Below are positions 1-13,640 of a stretch of DNA of 64,000 bases, piece after piece. Under the pieces are notes generated by a model, which ran no database searches, was not told the DNA's origin, and was given only the letters and a program-made list of their open reading frames with translations. This DNA is from Macrostomum lignano (lineage: Eukaryota): positions 133,553 through 197,552 of the forward strand of contig NIVC01002164.1 of NCBI GenBank assembly GCA_002269645.1, given 5' to 3'. Each line of letters starts with the position of its first letter. Position 1 is the stretch's first letter. A program made the position numbers and the translations under genes.

Positions 1-784
1 TATATGCTCATAATATAATAAAACTCTTGCATTTATAGTTCAAAATAACTAATATAATTTGACAAATGATTGACTTCCACTTAGCCTAGGCATTCTAAGG
101 CATACTAAGGTAGATCAAAACCTTTAGCCAATCAAATTGCAAGAACTCAAAATGATATAAAGGTTGTATTTATAACCAACAATGCCAATTTTTTTGTTTA
201 TAAATAGTATTCTCATTTTTTTACTATAAGAATAGAAAACATTAAAATCCTTGTTATATTTAAATATCATTAGCAAAAAGTAGTAATATTTGTTTTCAAA
301 AGATTCAAAGCTTTTAAAAACTAAAAGCTTTAAAAGAATGATGCATTATTAATAAAGAACTCTTTATTTTTTTAGTTAATATGATAATGTTTTAACACTA
401 ATTTTTATAATACAATATTATTCCTCATAATATTTATTAAAAAATTGACGTTTTTTAGTAAAAAAATTTCAGATATTTTTTCTATGTTTTCTTTTGAAAT
501 ATTGCTACTATTAGGTCTATTATGTTGTATATAAATAAAATGATACATATTTATAAGCCAATTTGTATTTTGATTTTAAGAAATGCATAAATAGTTTTTA
601 TCATTGAACTTAAATTACTTTCAATTAGTACACTAACTAGATAATAGGCATCTTCTGGGTATCTGAAGAAAGTAAGTTTTTTATTTATCCACAGTGTCTA
701 ATTCTTATATTATCTTTGTTTATCTTTATTTATACTAAATATAAACTTCAACCCTTGGCAATCTTAAATATTCCAATTATCCAG

Positions 785-3700
785 GTGGATTTGCATTTGT
801 CTTTGAAGCCACTGAGACAAAAACAGGTCGAGATTATGCAATCAAGGTGAGCTCACTAACTCCATCTTTGTTCACCTGAGCGCACCTGTTTAAACTCTTT
901 TATTTTTTTCCACAGCGCCTTCTGGCCAACGAGAAGTCCAAGTGCAAGGCCATCCTGCAGGAGATCGCCCTGCTGAAACGCCTGTCTGGCCATCCAAACA
1001 TTGTGGACTTTGTAGCTGCTGCCACCTCAGAGAAGGAGGGCATGACGGAGTACCTGGTGGTGACAGAATTCTGCCCTGGTGATCTGGTCAAGATTCTGGA
1101 GGCCAGGTGGCCCATGAAGCCCCTGTTTCCCGACCAGGTCACCCTGATATTCTATCAGGCGTGCGCTGCTGTGGAATACCTGCACACCAGGAGTCCGCCT
1201 GTGGTGCACAGGTGAGCACTGGGGCGGATGACAGGGCACTGAAGGGTGGGGGAGTGACAGGGCACTGAAGAGTGAGTGAGTGGCAGGGCACTGAAGGGTG
1301 AGTGAGTGGCAGGGCACTGAAGGGTGGGGGAGTGGCAGGGCACTGAAGGGTGGTCGAGTGGCGGGGCCTCATCAGCTGCGAAGACTTGTATTAGGCAGTT
1401 CACAGCCACCACCCCGTCCCGCACTGGCAGAGATCTGAAGCTGCAGAACCTGCTCGTGTCCGCTCAGCACACCATCAAGCTGTGCGACTTTGGCAGCTGC
1501 ACCACCAAGCTGCACTACCCGGACACATCCTGGTCGGCTGGGCAGCGGGCCACGGTGCAGGACGAGGTGACGGAGAACACCACTCCGCAGTACAGGGCCC
1601 CGGAGGCCTTGGACCTGTACCAGAACCTGCCACTGGATGCCGGCATGGACAAGTGGGCGCTCGGCTGCCTGCTGTACGTCCTCTGCTACCAGCAGCACCC
1701 GTTCGAAGACGGCGCCAGGCTGGCTATTCTGAACGCAGCCTACCGGATGCCGCAGGACGACACCACCTATGCGCACCTGCAGCCTGTCATCCGTGACCTG
1801 CTGGTGGTCAATCCTCTGCAGCGCCCGGATCTGTCCCAGCTGCTGAGCCACCTGGAGACGCTGGTGTCGCCTGGCATCGATCCCAAAGGGCCTGTGCAGG
1901 GCCTGCTGCCTGGGAACCCCGCGCCCAGGGTTGCCCAGCAGCCGCCGCCGCCGCCACAGCAGCAGCAGCAGCAGCAGCCACCGGCGCGACCGCCACCTCC
2001 ACCGCGGCCTGCCGCCCCGCCTGGCCAAGCAGGTAATCACTTGCCTAACTTGCCCTGCATCGGAATCTTTGGCTCATATTCCATATCCTGATGCTGAGCT
2101 AAGTCACCTAGATCGTACAGCATCAGCCCAGATCCTCTGTAAGCTTCCTAACCTCAGACTCTTCACCATCTTTTCATACTCTGAGCCATACTCATACTCT
2201 GCCCCTAACCTAAATCCTCAGGCTCCCAGTAAATCATCCTAACCTAAATCCCCAGGCTCCCAATAAATCCTCACCCTAACCTAAATCCTAACCCTTACCT
2301 AAATCCTCAGGCTCCCAGTAAATCCTCACCCTAACCTAAATCCTCAGGCTCCCAGTAAATCCTCACCCTAACCTAAATCCTCAGGCTCCCAGTAAATCCT
2401 CACCCTAACCTAAATCCTCACCCTAACCTAAATCCTCACCCTAACCTAAATCCTCACCCTAACCTAAATCCTCACCCTACCCTAAATCCTCAGGCTCCCA
2501 ATAAATCCTCACCCTAACCTAAATCCTCACCCTAACCTAAATCCCCAGGCTCCCAGTAAATCAGCACCCAACCTGTCCCCGCAGGCCACGCGTCGGCCAG
2601 CGATGCCGCAGGCGCCGGTGCTGCCGCGGCCGGCCCAGGCGGTTCGGTTCTGTCCTCCTTCATGGGCCGCATCCGTGATGTAGGCAGCCGAGTCACAGAG
2701 ACCGTGGCCGCCATGAGCCGTGAAGGCCTGGACCTGCACTACCTCACCAGCCGGCTGGCCGTCATGTCCTACCCGGCCGAGGGCCTCGAGTCCGCCTATC
2801 GCAATCACTACGAGGACGTGCGCGCCTTCCTGGACTCCAGGCATCCCAGAGCCTACGCTGTTTACAATTTGAGCACCAGGCGATATCCGCAATCCCGATT
2901 TGAAGGCCGCGTCTCCGAGGTCGGCTGGGAGGCCGGCACTGCGCCTCCGCTGGCTTCCCTGTTTGCCATCCTGCGCAACATGCAGCTCTGGCTGCGGCAG
3001 GTAAATCACGGATGCCTGAGTCTGCCCCAGTGCTTGAGTCTGCCCCAGTGCTTGAGTCTGCCCCAGTGCTTGAGTCTGCCCCAGTGCTTGAGTCTGCCCC
3101 AGTGCTTGAGTCTGCCTCAGTGCTTGAGTCTGCCTTAGTGCCTGAGTCTGCCCCAGTGCCTGAGTCTGCCCCAGTGCCTGAGTCTGCCCCAGTGCTTGAG
3201 TCTGCCCCAGTGCTTGAGTCTGCCTCAGTGCTTGAGTCTGCCTCAGTGCTTGAGTCTGCCTCAGTGCTTGAGTCTGCCCCAGTGCTTGAGTCTGCTTCAG
3301 TGCTTGAGTCTGCCTCAGTGCTTGAGTCTGCCCCAGTGCTTGAGTCTGCCCCAGTGCTTGAGTCTGCCCCAGTGCTTGAGTCTGCCCCAGTGCTTGAGTC
3401 TGCCCCAGTGCTTGAGTCTCCCTCAGTGCTTGAATCCGTTTCTCCATTCATATTTCTGCAGCACTGCAATCCAGCGCAGCCCATTGCCCATCACCGCCCC
3501 ATCCCCAGGGTCCCCACACGATCTGCGTTCTCCACTGCCTGGACGGCAAGGCCAGCAGCGCCCTGGTGTCCGCCGCCACCTGCTGCTTCCTCCGCCTTTT
3601 CCCTTCACCGCGCCATGGCCTCGAGCTGTTCGCCGCCCGACGCTGCCCGCCAAACATTTCGCCCTCGCAGCGTCGCTACGCCGACTACACGGCGGAGATG

Positions 3701-6700
3701 GCTGCCGACCCGCCGCGGCTGCCCCACCGTCGCCCGGTGATGCTGGTGACGCTCACGCTCACCCCGGTGCCCATGTTCAACCGTCAGCGCCGCGGCTGCA
3801 CCCCCTACGCCGAGGTTTGGGCCAACGGCGAGCGGGTGCTGAGCACCTGTCCGGAGTCCTACGAGGCCATGCGGCCAGCGCTTGTTGAGGACGGCCAGGT
3901 CCGGCTCGGCCTCAACATATCCGTGTGCGGCGATGTCACCATCTCCGTGTTCCACGCGCGCTCCACGCTGGGCGGCAAGATGCAGGGCAGGGTAAGTCTT
4001 GAGCTGGGCCACTGCCGCCCTCCCAGATCCCCAGTTGCTGAGCCAGCCTCCCAGATCCTCAGTTGCTGAGCCAGCCTCCCAGATCCTCAGTTGTTGGGCC
4101 AGCCTCCCAGATCCTCAGTTGCTGGGCCAGCCTCCCAGATCCTCAGTTGCTGGGCCAGCCTCCCAGATCCTCAGTTGCTGGGCCAGCCTCCCAGATCCCC
4201 AGTTGCTGAGCCACTGCCGCCATCCCAGATCGTCAGTTGCTGGGCCAGCCTCCCAGATCCTCAGTTGCTGGGCCAGCCTCCCAGATCCTCAGTTGCTGAG
4301 CCAGCCTCCCAGATCCTCAGTTGCTGAGCCAGCCTCTCAGATCCTCAGTTGCTGAGCCAGCCTCCTAGATCTCTAATTTAACAGCAATTCCAACTTTTAA
4401 ACAAGAACTCAGTCTTTCAAATCTAGCTCGTACTTTCTTATTCGCCATGCTCATACTTAATGCTTCCTTCGGTGAATAGCACTTTCCATTAGGCAGTTGT
4501 TTCCACCGCTTTTTTCAGTCTCGAAATTGGATAAAAAAGGTAATGCTTTTCAGTTAGTGTAGCTTATATTTTAGTATATAGGATTTCAGCAAATCTCTGG
4601 TTTGGGGTCTTTAAGAGTTTCGTTTTTTTCCTTCATGCGTTTCATTGTTGCTTTCAATGGAGATTGCGTTAGTTCAACTGCGGTCAGGCAGATAACAGGT
4701 TGCGTGCTTCGTACTTCATATTTTTAGTCTGAATTTTTGTTTTCTTCTCATATTTTCTGTTTTTAATGAACTTTTAACAAAATGTGCATTGAATTGCAAT
4801 GCACTTTTGCAGATCAGCTCCATGAAGATCTGTCAGGTTCAGTTTCACACTGGCTTCGTTCGAGAGGACTTTGACCGACTCAACTTTACTAAGTGAGACG
4901 TCTGTCGTGTTGTTATGATCTGACCCACAACAGGAATCCCCTCTGACCCACAACAGGAATCTCTCTGACCCACAACAGGAATCCCCTCTGACCCACAACA
5001 GGAATCCCCTCTGACCCACAACAGGAATCCCCTCTGACCCACAACAGGAATCCCCTCTGACCCACAACAGGAATCCCCTCTGACCCACAACAGGAATCCC
5101 CTCTGACCCACAACAGGAATCCCCTCTGACCCACAACAGGAATCCCCTCTGACCCACAACAGGAATCCCCTCTGACCCACAACAGGAATCCCCTCTGACC
5201 CACAACAGGAATCCCCTCTGACCCACAACAGGAATCCCCTCTGACCCACAACAGGAATCCCCTCTGACCCACAACAGGAATCCCCTCTGACCCACAACAG
5301 GAATCCCCTCTGACCCACAACAGGAATCCCCTCCGACCCACCATAAGAATCGCCTCTGACCCACCATAAAAATCGCCTCTGATCCACCATATGAATCGCC
5401 TCTGACCCACCATAAAAATCGCCTCTGACCTACCATAAGAATCGCCTCTGACCCACAACAGGAATCCCCCCTGACCCACAAAAGGAATCCCCCTGACCCA
5501 CAACAGGAATCCCCTCTGACCCAAAACAGGAATCCCCTCTGACCCACCATAAGAATCGCCTCTGACCCACCACAAGAATCGCCTCTGACCCACCATAAGA
5601 ATCGCCTCTGATCCACCATAAGAATCGCCTCTGACCCACCACAAGAATCGCCTCTGACCCACAACAAGAATCGCCTCTGACCCACATCAAAAATCGCCTC
5701 TGACCCACAACAAGAATCGCCTCTGACCCACCACAAGAATCGCCTCTGACCCACAACAAAAATCGCCTCTGACCCACAACAAGAATCGCCTCTGACCCAC
5801 AACAAGAATCGCCTCTGACCCACAACAAGAATCGCCTCTGACCCACCACAAGAATCGCCTCTGACCCACAACAAGAATCGCCTCCGATCTGTTAAATCCA
5901 GATGCGAGCTGGACTTCCTCGACACGGACGACAAGTACTCGAGCGACTTCAAGCTCTCCCTAGACTTGGTCGTGTCGCCGCAGGACAAGCCGCTAGTGGA
6001 CGGGCCGCCGCCCTGGGACGGCTTCCAGGCGCGCGGTTTGAAGCCCCGCCTGTTAGTGTCCGAAGACGAGGAGCTCGCCAAGCTGCGCGCCGATTTCATG
6101 CGAGACGGCGAGGCGCCGCCTCTGGCCAGCCCGGTTAGCTCGCAGGACTCGCCGCTGGCCGACAACGAGCCGGCTGCACCCGCCGCCGCCGCCGCCGCCG
6201 CCGCCGCACCACCGAAGCCGCAGCGCGAAGGCGGCTCTTCCTTCTTCGACACCCTGGACTGGCAGCACTTGGAGGAGCCGGCGCCATCGGCGCAACCGCC
6301 AATCAGCGAGCCGCAGCAGCAGCGCGACGAGGGCCCTCGCGACTATGAAGCGGAGGCTCTTCGCGCCGCGCACCGAGAAGCCGAGCGGGATCGCGCCGAG
6401 GCCGAAGCCGAGAGGCGGCGCAGACTGTCTGGCGGCGGCGGTGGCGGCGGTTCTGGCAATTTCTGTCCGCCGGAAGAGCCGCACAGGCAGGCCGATTTGG
6501 AGCAATCCGCGGCGCTTAACGACGTCTCTGCTGGGGTGGCCGACTTGCTGGGATTTGGCGGCGGCGGCGGCGGCGGTGGCGGCAGCAACGGCGGCCTGAG
6601 CCCAGCGGCCTCGTCGGCCTCGCTGCGCCAGACCCAATCCAACGCCGACCTGCTCAGCGACCTGTTCTCCTCGGCTCCAGCTCCCGCCGCAGCGTCTGCG

Positions 6701-8341
6701 GGGACGACGGCAACGCCGCCTCCGAAGGCTCCCTACGTTGTTGACGACTTTTTCGGCGGTCCGAATTTCACAGTCGGAGGCGGCGGCGGGGCCAAATCGG
6801 ACCTGCTTGACTTTGGCCCCTCGACCGGGGAGGGCAACCTGGAGTTTGACCCGTTTGCTCCCATTGGCGGCCAGCAGCAGCAAAAGCCGCAGCATCAGCA
6901 AAAGCCGCAGCATCAGCAAAAGCCGCAGCATCAGCAAAAGCCGCAGCAGCAGCCGCCTAAGCCGCAACCGTCGCGACCTCCCCCGCCGTCTGCCGGCCAG
7001 CAGCAGCAGTCGAAGCCCAACTACAGTCGTTCAAATTTCTCTCAACAGCAGCCGTCACAGCCGCAGCAGACCCAGCCTGCTTCTTCATCGTCCTCCTTTG
7101 GCGCCGGTAGCGGCGGCGGCGGCCTATTCGACGATCTGCTCAAGGGCGCCGGGCACGGCAATTTTGTCGGCGCCGCGCAAAATCAGCGCAAAGAGCCGCG
7201 CAGTCTGCACGAGATGCGGCACCAGGCCAGGGCGCAGTCTATGGACCCGGAGCGGGCCAAGTGAGCAGCTGCGGATTGCTAGACTAGCCAACTTGGATGC
7301 AGCAGTATAATGGATTGCTAGACTAGCCAACTTGGATGCAGTAGTAAAGTGGATTGCTAGACTAGCCAACATAGATGCAGCACTATAATGGATTGCTAGA
7401 CTAGCCAACTTGAATCCGGAATAAGAGTGGATTGCTATTCTAGCCAACTTGGATGCAGGAGTAGAATGGATTGCTAGACTAGCCAACTTGGATGCAGGAG
7501 TAGAATGGATTGCTAGACTAGCCAACTTGGATGCAGCAGTATAATGGATTGCTAGACTAGCCAACTTGGATGCAGCAGTATAATGGATTGCTAGACTAGC
7601 CAACTTGGATGCAGCAGTATAATGGATTGCTAGACTAGCCAACTTGGATGCAGCAGTATAATGAATTGCTAGATTAGCCAACTTGGATGCAGCAGTATAA
7701 TGGATTGCTAGACTAGCCAACTTGGATGCAGCAGTATAATGAATTGCTAGATTAGCCAACTTGGATGCAGCAGTATAATGGATTGCTAGATTAGCCAACT
7801 TGGATGCAGGAGTAGAATGGATTGCTAGACTAGCCAACTTGGATGCAGGAGTAGAATGGATTGCTAGACTAGCCAACATAGATGCAGCAGTATAATGGAT
7901 TGCTAGACTAGCCAACTTGGATGCAGGAGTAGAGTGGATTGCTAGACTAGCCAACTTGTATAAAGGAATAAGAGCGTATAATGGATTGCTAGACTAGCCA
8001 ACTTGTATAAAGGAATAAGAGCGTATAATGGATTGCTAGACTAGCCAACTTCCCTTCCCCGCAGAGTTGAAGCCTGGGTAGCTGGCAAGGAGCGAAACGT
8101 GCGCGGTCTGCTCTGCTCGCTGCACACGGTAGTGTGGGAGGGCTGCCGCTGGACGCAGGTGTCCATGGCCGACCTGGTGTCCGGGGACCAGGTGAAGAAG
8201 GTCTACAGAAAGGCCTGTCTGGCCGTCCACCCGGACAAGTGGGCCGGCACGCAGCACGAGGCCTTCTCCAAGCTTGTCTTCGTGGAGCTCAACGACGCCT
8301 GGTCCGCCTTCGAGGAGTCCGGCATGAAGAGCCTCTATTGA
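785..8341 (+). CDS. GAK: Cyclin G-associated kinase / auxilin (kinase, PTEN-like, C2 and J domains); 5' end lies upstream of the window
   Basis: Exons 785-846, 916-1211, 1431-2032, 2585-3000, 3509-3991, 4813-4892, 5902-7260, 8065-8341, all GT-AG with consistent phases. Motifs: GGFAFVFEA..YAIK, HRDLKLQN, DFG, YRAPE (NAK-family kinase); HCLDGK (PTEN-like); VPMFNRQRRGC..HARSTLGG..QFHTGF (C2); DPF and DLL motifs in the linker; C-terminal J domain with HPD (AVHPDK). Confidence 0.95.
1225..1345. repeat. Intronic minisatellite, ~26-bp unit (GAK)
   Basis: Tandem ggcagggcactgaagggtgagtgagt variants inside intron 1212-1430. Confidence 0.85.
2200..2560. repeat. Intronic minisatellite with CCCTAACCTAA core (GAK)
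   Basis: Repeated ccctaacctaaatcctca(c/ggctcccagtaaat) units inside intron 2033-2584. Confidence 0.85.
3012..3432. repeat. Intronic minisatellite, 18-bp unit (GAK)
   Basis: (tgcttgagtctgccccag)n; produces the spurious ORFs LPQCLS/ESAPVL. Confidence 0.95.
4020..4372. repeat. Intronic minisatellite, 28-bp unit (GAK)
   Basis: (agatcctcagttgctgggccagcctccc)n. Confidence 0.95.
4920..5885. repeat. Intronic minisatellite, 23-bp unit with two sub-variants (GAK)
   Basis: (ctgacccacaacaggaatcccct)n grading into (ctgacccaccataagaatcgcct)n. Confidence 0.95.
7272..8050. repeat. Intronic minisatellite, 39-bp unit (GAK)
   Basis: (ggattgctagactagccaacttggatgcagcagtataat)n fills almost all of intron 7261-8064. 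Confidence 0.95.
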
Positions 8342-8549
8342 GCGGGCGGTGCACTCGCCCTCCCCCGACCCGCAAATCCATCATCGCATCCTGATTAGCC
8401 TCGTGAGCTTTATTCTAACTTTTCAAAATCTCTGAAATCCCGGGATCCCATCCAAGAAATATCCTAATCATATCGTGTCTCAATGAGATCCTAAATATTA
8501 AGTTCCCAGATAATCCCAAGTCTCCAGACCCATAATCATCCCCAATCTC

Positions 8550-8990
8550 GAGTCTCGATCAGATCCCAAATCTAGAGTCCCGATCAGATCAAATCTCGAG
8601 TCCCGATCAGATCCCAAATCTCGAATCCCGCTCAGATCCCAAATTTCTGAGTCTCGATCAGATCCCAAATCTCGAGTCCCGCTCAGATCCCAAATCTCTG
8701 AGTCTCGATCAGATCCCAAATCTCGAGTTCCGCTCAGATCCCAAATCTCTGAGTCTCGATCAGATCCCAAATCTCGAGTCCCGCTCAGATCCCAAATCTC
8801 TGAGTCTCGATCAGATCCCAAATCTCGAGTCCCGCTCAGATCCCAAATCTCTGAGTCTCGATCAGATCCCAAATCTCGAGTCCCGCTCAGATCCCAAATC
8901 TCTGAGTCTCGATCAGATCCCAAATCGAGTCCCGATCAGATCCCAAATCGAGTCCCGATCAGATCCCAAACCTCGAGTCCCGAAGTCCCG
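8550..8990. repeat. Minisatellite downstream of the GAK stop (25/26-bp units, 51-bp higher order)
   Basis: Alternating gagtcccgctcagatcccaaatctct and gagtctcgatcagatcccaaatctc. Confidence 0.9.
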
Positions 8991-10244
8991 AACCTGAAAT
9001 CCCATGTCTGGAGCCTGTGGATTCCGCAGAATCAGGGGCTAAACGGTTCTCCAAATCCCAAGTTCCATTACATGATAGTTATTGCTGTTCAGCACCTGAA
9101 AATCACTTCATTCACCAATCCCAGATCCCAAGTCCCAAAATGTGTTACATGTAAATTACGCACGGTATATACTACTGATATCAACCGTTATGAATTGGCA
9201 ATATTTAGCTTCATTACCCAGCATGTGAATGAATATTGGACTGGCTCCACTGGGCTCTCATCGGTGCAGCCTGAGGCGGTGTGCAATGACAGTTTATCGC
9301 TAATTGGCCAATAATTTTTTAGCCGCCCTGTATATTCCCTATTCGTAAGCTTAACAAGCTTCATTTTTTCTGTGCTAATGTTTCGGCCGATAGGAACAAA
9401 TAATACTACTTAGCTAAGCCCGCCGTTCTCAGTAGTATGATTCGGTCACCAATTAATTGAATAATTGTTTTATTATTTGTGAGTTTTTATCTGTCTGCTA
9501 CTCTGTTTTTTTGGTCTTGACAGTGAGTTTAATCTTTAATTGAGCTATCATTACGATTTGTGATTCAAATTTTTTTTTTGGTTTTCGGATCTCTTCAACT
9601 TTTGTTGTGACGTAATTATTCATTTTTATCGTGTAGCCAGCCTAATTTGTTACTTTGTGAGCAAGTTCTAAAGTGCTTAAATCTTGGCTATATCCAGAAA
9701 TGTTGTTACTGCCGTATTAAATTAATTTTAGATTTATCAATCAGTTGGATTACTCAGCATATCCTGTTTACTGCAAGCCGCATAATCTGATTCTATTCAA
9801 TAGCCGAGCCTACTGCCTACTTAAAGTAGACTAGAAAGGAATAAATATTATTATTGATATCATTCCAAATGCATCGTACACCGGCCTGTCCCGTTTTGCT
9901 GTCTTGTTGTCCTACGATTGAGTCTTATTTTCCTTTGTTTCGGTTTATTTAGCAAATTAGTCGCGTTATATAAATTCTGTTCCCAGTGTTGTGACTCCTG
10001 TCTGCCGTGGAGAAGATGATTACTTATTAATAATATTATTATTGCTATTAAATACACTGACCATTTACTGAGAGGGACGGCCCGCAGTGCCCGATTTGCT
10101 GCACGCCTCTCTCTTTGCTGATTCTCAATTCCTTGAATGTCGCATGTTTAATTGCAATCTGATTTTTTTAAATTCAACTATCATAATTATCAGCAACTCT
10201 TCACTGGCGCTTCATTCAGTCATGATATGCAACAACTCCTGGGA

Positions 10245-10790
10245 GGTTTGGGGATATGAAATTTGAGGATATGAATTTTGGGGGATATGAAGGTTGGGGA
10301 TATGAAGGTTGGGGATATAAAGGTTGGGGGATATGAAGGTTCGGGATATGAATTTTGGGACATATTAAGGTTGGGGATATGAATTTTGGGAGATATGAAG
10401 GTTGGGGATATGAATTTTGGGGGATATGTAGGTTGGGGAATATGAAGGTTGGGGATATGAATTTTGGGGGATACGAAGGTTGGGGAATATGAAGGTTGGG
10501 GATATGAATTTTGGGGGATATGAAGGTTGGGGAATATGAAGGTTGGGGATATGAAGGTTGGGGATATGAATTTTGGGGGATATGAAGGTTGGGGATATGA
10601 ATTTTGGAGGATATAAAGTTTGGGAGATATGAAGATTCGGGACAGGAAGGTTGGGGATATGAAGTTTGGGAGATATTATTAATTTGGGGGATATGGATTT
10701 TGGGGGTTTGAAGGTTTGGGGTTATGATTGGGTTTGGGCGGATATGAAGCTTGGGAATACGAGGTTGGGGAATATAAAGTTCGTGGATTA
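10245..10790. repeat. G-rich degenerate minisatellite (~15-16 bp)
   Basis: ggggatatgaaggtt and gggggatatgaatttt units. Confidence 0.9.
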
Positions 10791-11539
10791 TGAATCCCCA
10801 TATCATTGAGAAGTGTGAGAAGCACTCCCCCTTAAAATCGGCGCTGTTTCGAGCCGTCCCATGTTGCCTAAGCCCCAAAGCAACTTTCGGCACCTTCAGC
10901 AGGATGGAGAAGTAAGATAGCACTTTACCAACGCATTTATTGGCTTTCCAAACAAGCTGTCAACTGCCATCTGTCAACTGCCATGCTTCATGAAATTGCG
11001 ATTGGCCAACATTCGAGTATCGTTTCTGCTGTCAACGAATTGCACAGCAATGGAATGCGGCCAGTCAATGCCGGGTCACCGGCTATATTTGGTGCCGAAC
11101 TCTGTCGCTATTTTTAGAATAAATTTGCATAAAATTCCAGCCAGAATTGGAGTTCAGAAGTTCCTCTCTTTTTCTGGTTCAGTCGAGCGATCAAAACATT
11201 TACGATCCTGCTCGTGCACTGCCCGGCGCGTTTCGAATTTGTTTATTATGACAGGTGCTAATTGGATATGCAGGGAATTGACTCCCGTAGCCCAGACTTT
11301 TGGACGGCCTTATTAGTTAGCTTGTCGTTTTTGTACTATTATACAATTACAAGGAATTTTATGATTCAGAGGCTTTGTGAAAACCGACATTTTCTACAGT
11401 AGACTAAGGAATACTCTCGCTTTAAAATTTAAGGCTTTGGAACATTGAAAATAACCTAGATAGAGCCTTCCAAGTCACGTTAGAATGATTGCAGTAACTA
11501 CAAAACCTTTTGAGTAGCTAAAATGAAAATAAGAGTCGT

Positions 11540-12785
11540 TTTGGAACCCTCCGAGTAGCTTTAGAACCTTCCGAGTAGCTTTGGAACATTCTGAGTAGCT
11601 TTGGAATCTTCCGAGTAGCGTTGGAACCTTCCGAGTAGCGTTGGAACCTTCTAAGTAGCTTTGGAACCTTCTAAGTAGCTTTGAAACCTTCTAAGTAGCT
11701 TTGGAACCTTTTGAGTAGCTTTGGAACATTCTGAATAGCTTTGGAACCTTCCGAGTAGCTTTGGGACCTTCTAAGTAGCTTTGGAACGTTCCAAGTAGCT
11801 TTGGAACGTTCTAAGTAGCTTTGGAACCTTCTAAGTAGCTTTGAAACGAGCTTTGAAACCTTCTAAGTAGCTTTGGAACCTTTTGTGTAGCTTTGGAACC
11901 TTCTAAGTAGCTTTGGAACCTTCTAAGTAGCTTTGGAACCCTCTAAGTAGCTTTGGAACCTTCTAAGTAGCTTTGGGACGTTCTAAGTAGCTTTGGAACC
12001 TTCTAAGTAGCTTTGGGACGTTCTAAGTAGCTTTGGAACCTTCTAAGTAGCTTTGGAACGAGCTTTGGAACCTTCTAAGTAGCTTTGGAACCTTCCGAGT
12101 AGCTTTGGAACCTTCCGAGTAGCTTTGGAACCTTCTAAGTAGCTTTGGAACCTTCCAAGTAGCTTTGGAACCTTCTAAGTAGCTTTGGAACCTTCTAAGT
12201 AGCTTTGGAACCTTCTAAGTAGCTTTGGAACGAGCTTTGGAACCTTCTAAGTAGCTTTGGAACCTTCCGAGTAGCTTTGGGACCTTCTAAGTAGCTTTGG
12301 AACGTTCTAAGTAGCTTTGGAACCTTCTAAGTAGCTTTGGGACGTTCTAAGTAGCTTTGGAACCTTCTAAGTAGTTTTGGAACGAGCTTTGGAACCTTCT
12401 AAGTAGCTTTGGGACGTTCTAAGTAGCTTTGGAACCTTCTAAGTAGCTTTGGAACGAGTTTTGGAACCTTCTAAGTAGCTTTGGGACCTTCTAAGTAGCT
12501 TTGGAACCTTCTAAGTAGCTTTGGGACGTTCTAAGTAGCTTTGGAACCTTCTAAGTAGTTTTGGAACGAGCTTTGGAACCTTCTAAGTAGCTTTGGGACG
12601 TTCTAAGTAGCTTTGGAACCTTCTAAGTAGCTTTGGAACGAGTTTTGGAACCTTCTAAGTAGCTTTGGGACCCTCTAAGTAGCTTTGGAACCTTTTAAGT
12701 AGCTTTGGAACGAGTTTTGGAACATTCTAAGTAGCTTTGGAACCTTCCGAGTAGCTTTGGAACCTTTCGAGTAGTTTTGGAACAC
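11540..12785. repeat. Minisatellite, 20-bp unit
   Basis: (agctttggaaccttctaagt)n with shortened agctttggaacg units. Confidence 0.95.
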
Positions 12786-13187
12786 TCCGCATGGTGTTTT
12801 GACATTTTAAGATAATACCCCAGAAATAATGAAACGTGACACAATAAAATTGAAAGTGCGCACTCGTATATTTATTTGTACAAAGTGCATTCTTCATAGC
12901 GATAATTTTCGGTTGAGCAGAAAAACCTCCCGCCGCAATCCAATTAAGCCTTTATTATTCTGGGTTTCTATTCTGTACGCCTCTCGCTTGTCGCATTCAA
13001 ATTGCGAATTACACCTGGCGCACGGGACACGTCGGATCGAATATCGGATTGCGGCTTTTTCTGCTTTTTTTACTTCAGGCTGCCGACAAGCCCTTGGAGC
13101 GTCACTTGGCTAATCAGGCGGCTAAATTGCAAACTCGATTGGAATTCTTCTCTGCGTGGGCGGCCCTGCGCTACCTGAAACGCTCGA

Positions 13188-13640
13188 TCCCCTACTCCCC
13201 TCCCTACATCTATCCCTGCATCTCCCTACTCTCCTCCCTACATCTCCCTACTCTACTCCCTGCATCTCCCTACTCTCCTCCCTACATCTTTCCCTGCATC
13301 TCCCTACTCTCCTCCCTACATCTCCCTACTCTACTCCCTGCATCTCCCTACTCCCCTCCCTACATCTTTCCCTGCATCTCCCTACTCTCCTCCCTACATC
13401 TCCCTACTCTACTCCCTGCTTCTCCCTACTCTCCTCCCTTAATCAATCCCTACTCCTCTCTCTACATCTCTCCCTACTCCCCTCCCTGCATCTCCCTACT
13501 GTCCTCCCTACATCTCTTCCTACTAACCTCCCTACATCTCCTTACTCTCCTCCCTGCTTTTCCCTACTCTCCTCCGTGAATCAATCCCTACTTCTCTCCC
13601 TACATCTCTCCCTACTCCCCTCCCTGCATCTCCCTACTAA
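13188..13640. repeat. C/T-rich compound minisatellite
   Basis: Interleaved ctccctact / ctccctacat / ccctgcat units. Confidence 0.9.

Noticed and set aside
3530-3556. Active PTEN-like phosphatase in GAK
   Set aside because: HCLDGKASS lacks the CX5R arginine; pseudophosphatase status is already established for GAK/auxilin.
4920-5885. CRISPR-like appearance of 20-39-bp repeat arrays here and elsewhere
   Set aside because: Units are head-to-tail with no unique spacers, there are no cas genes, and the context is a eukaryotic intron.
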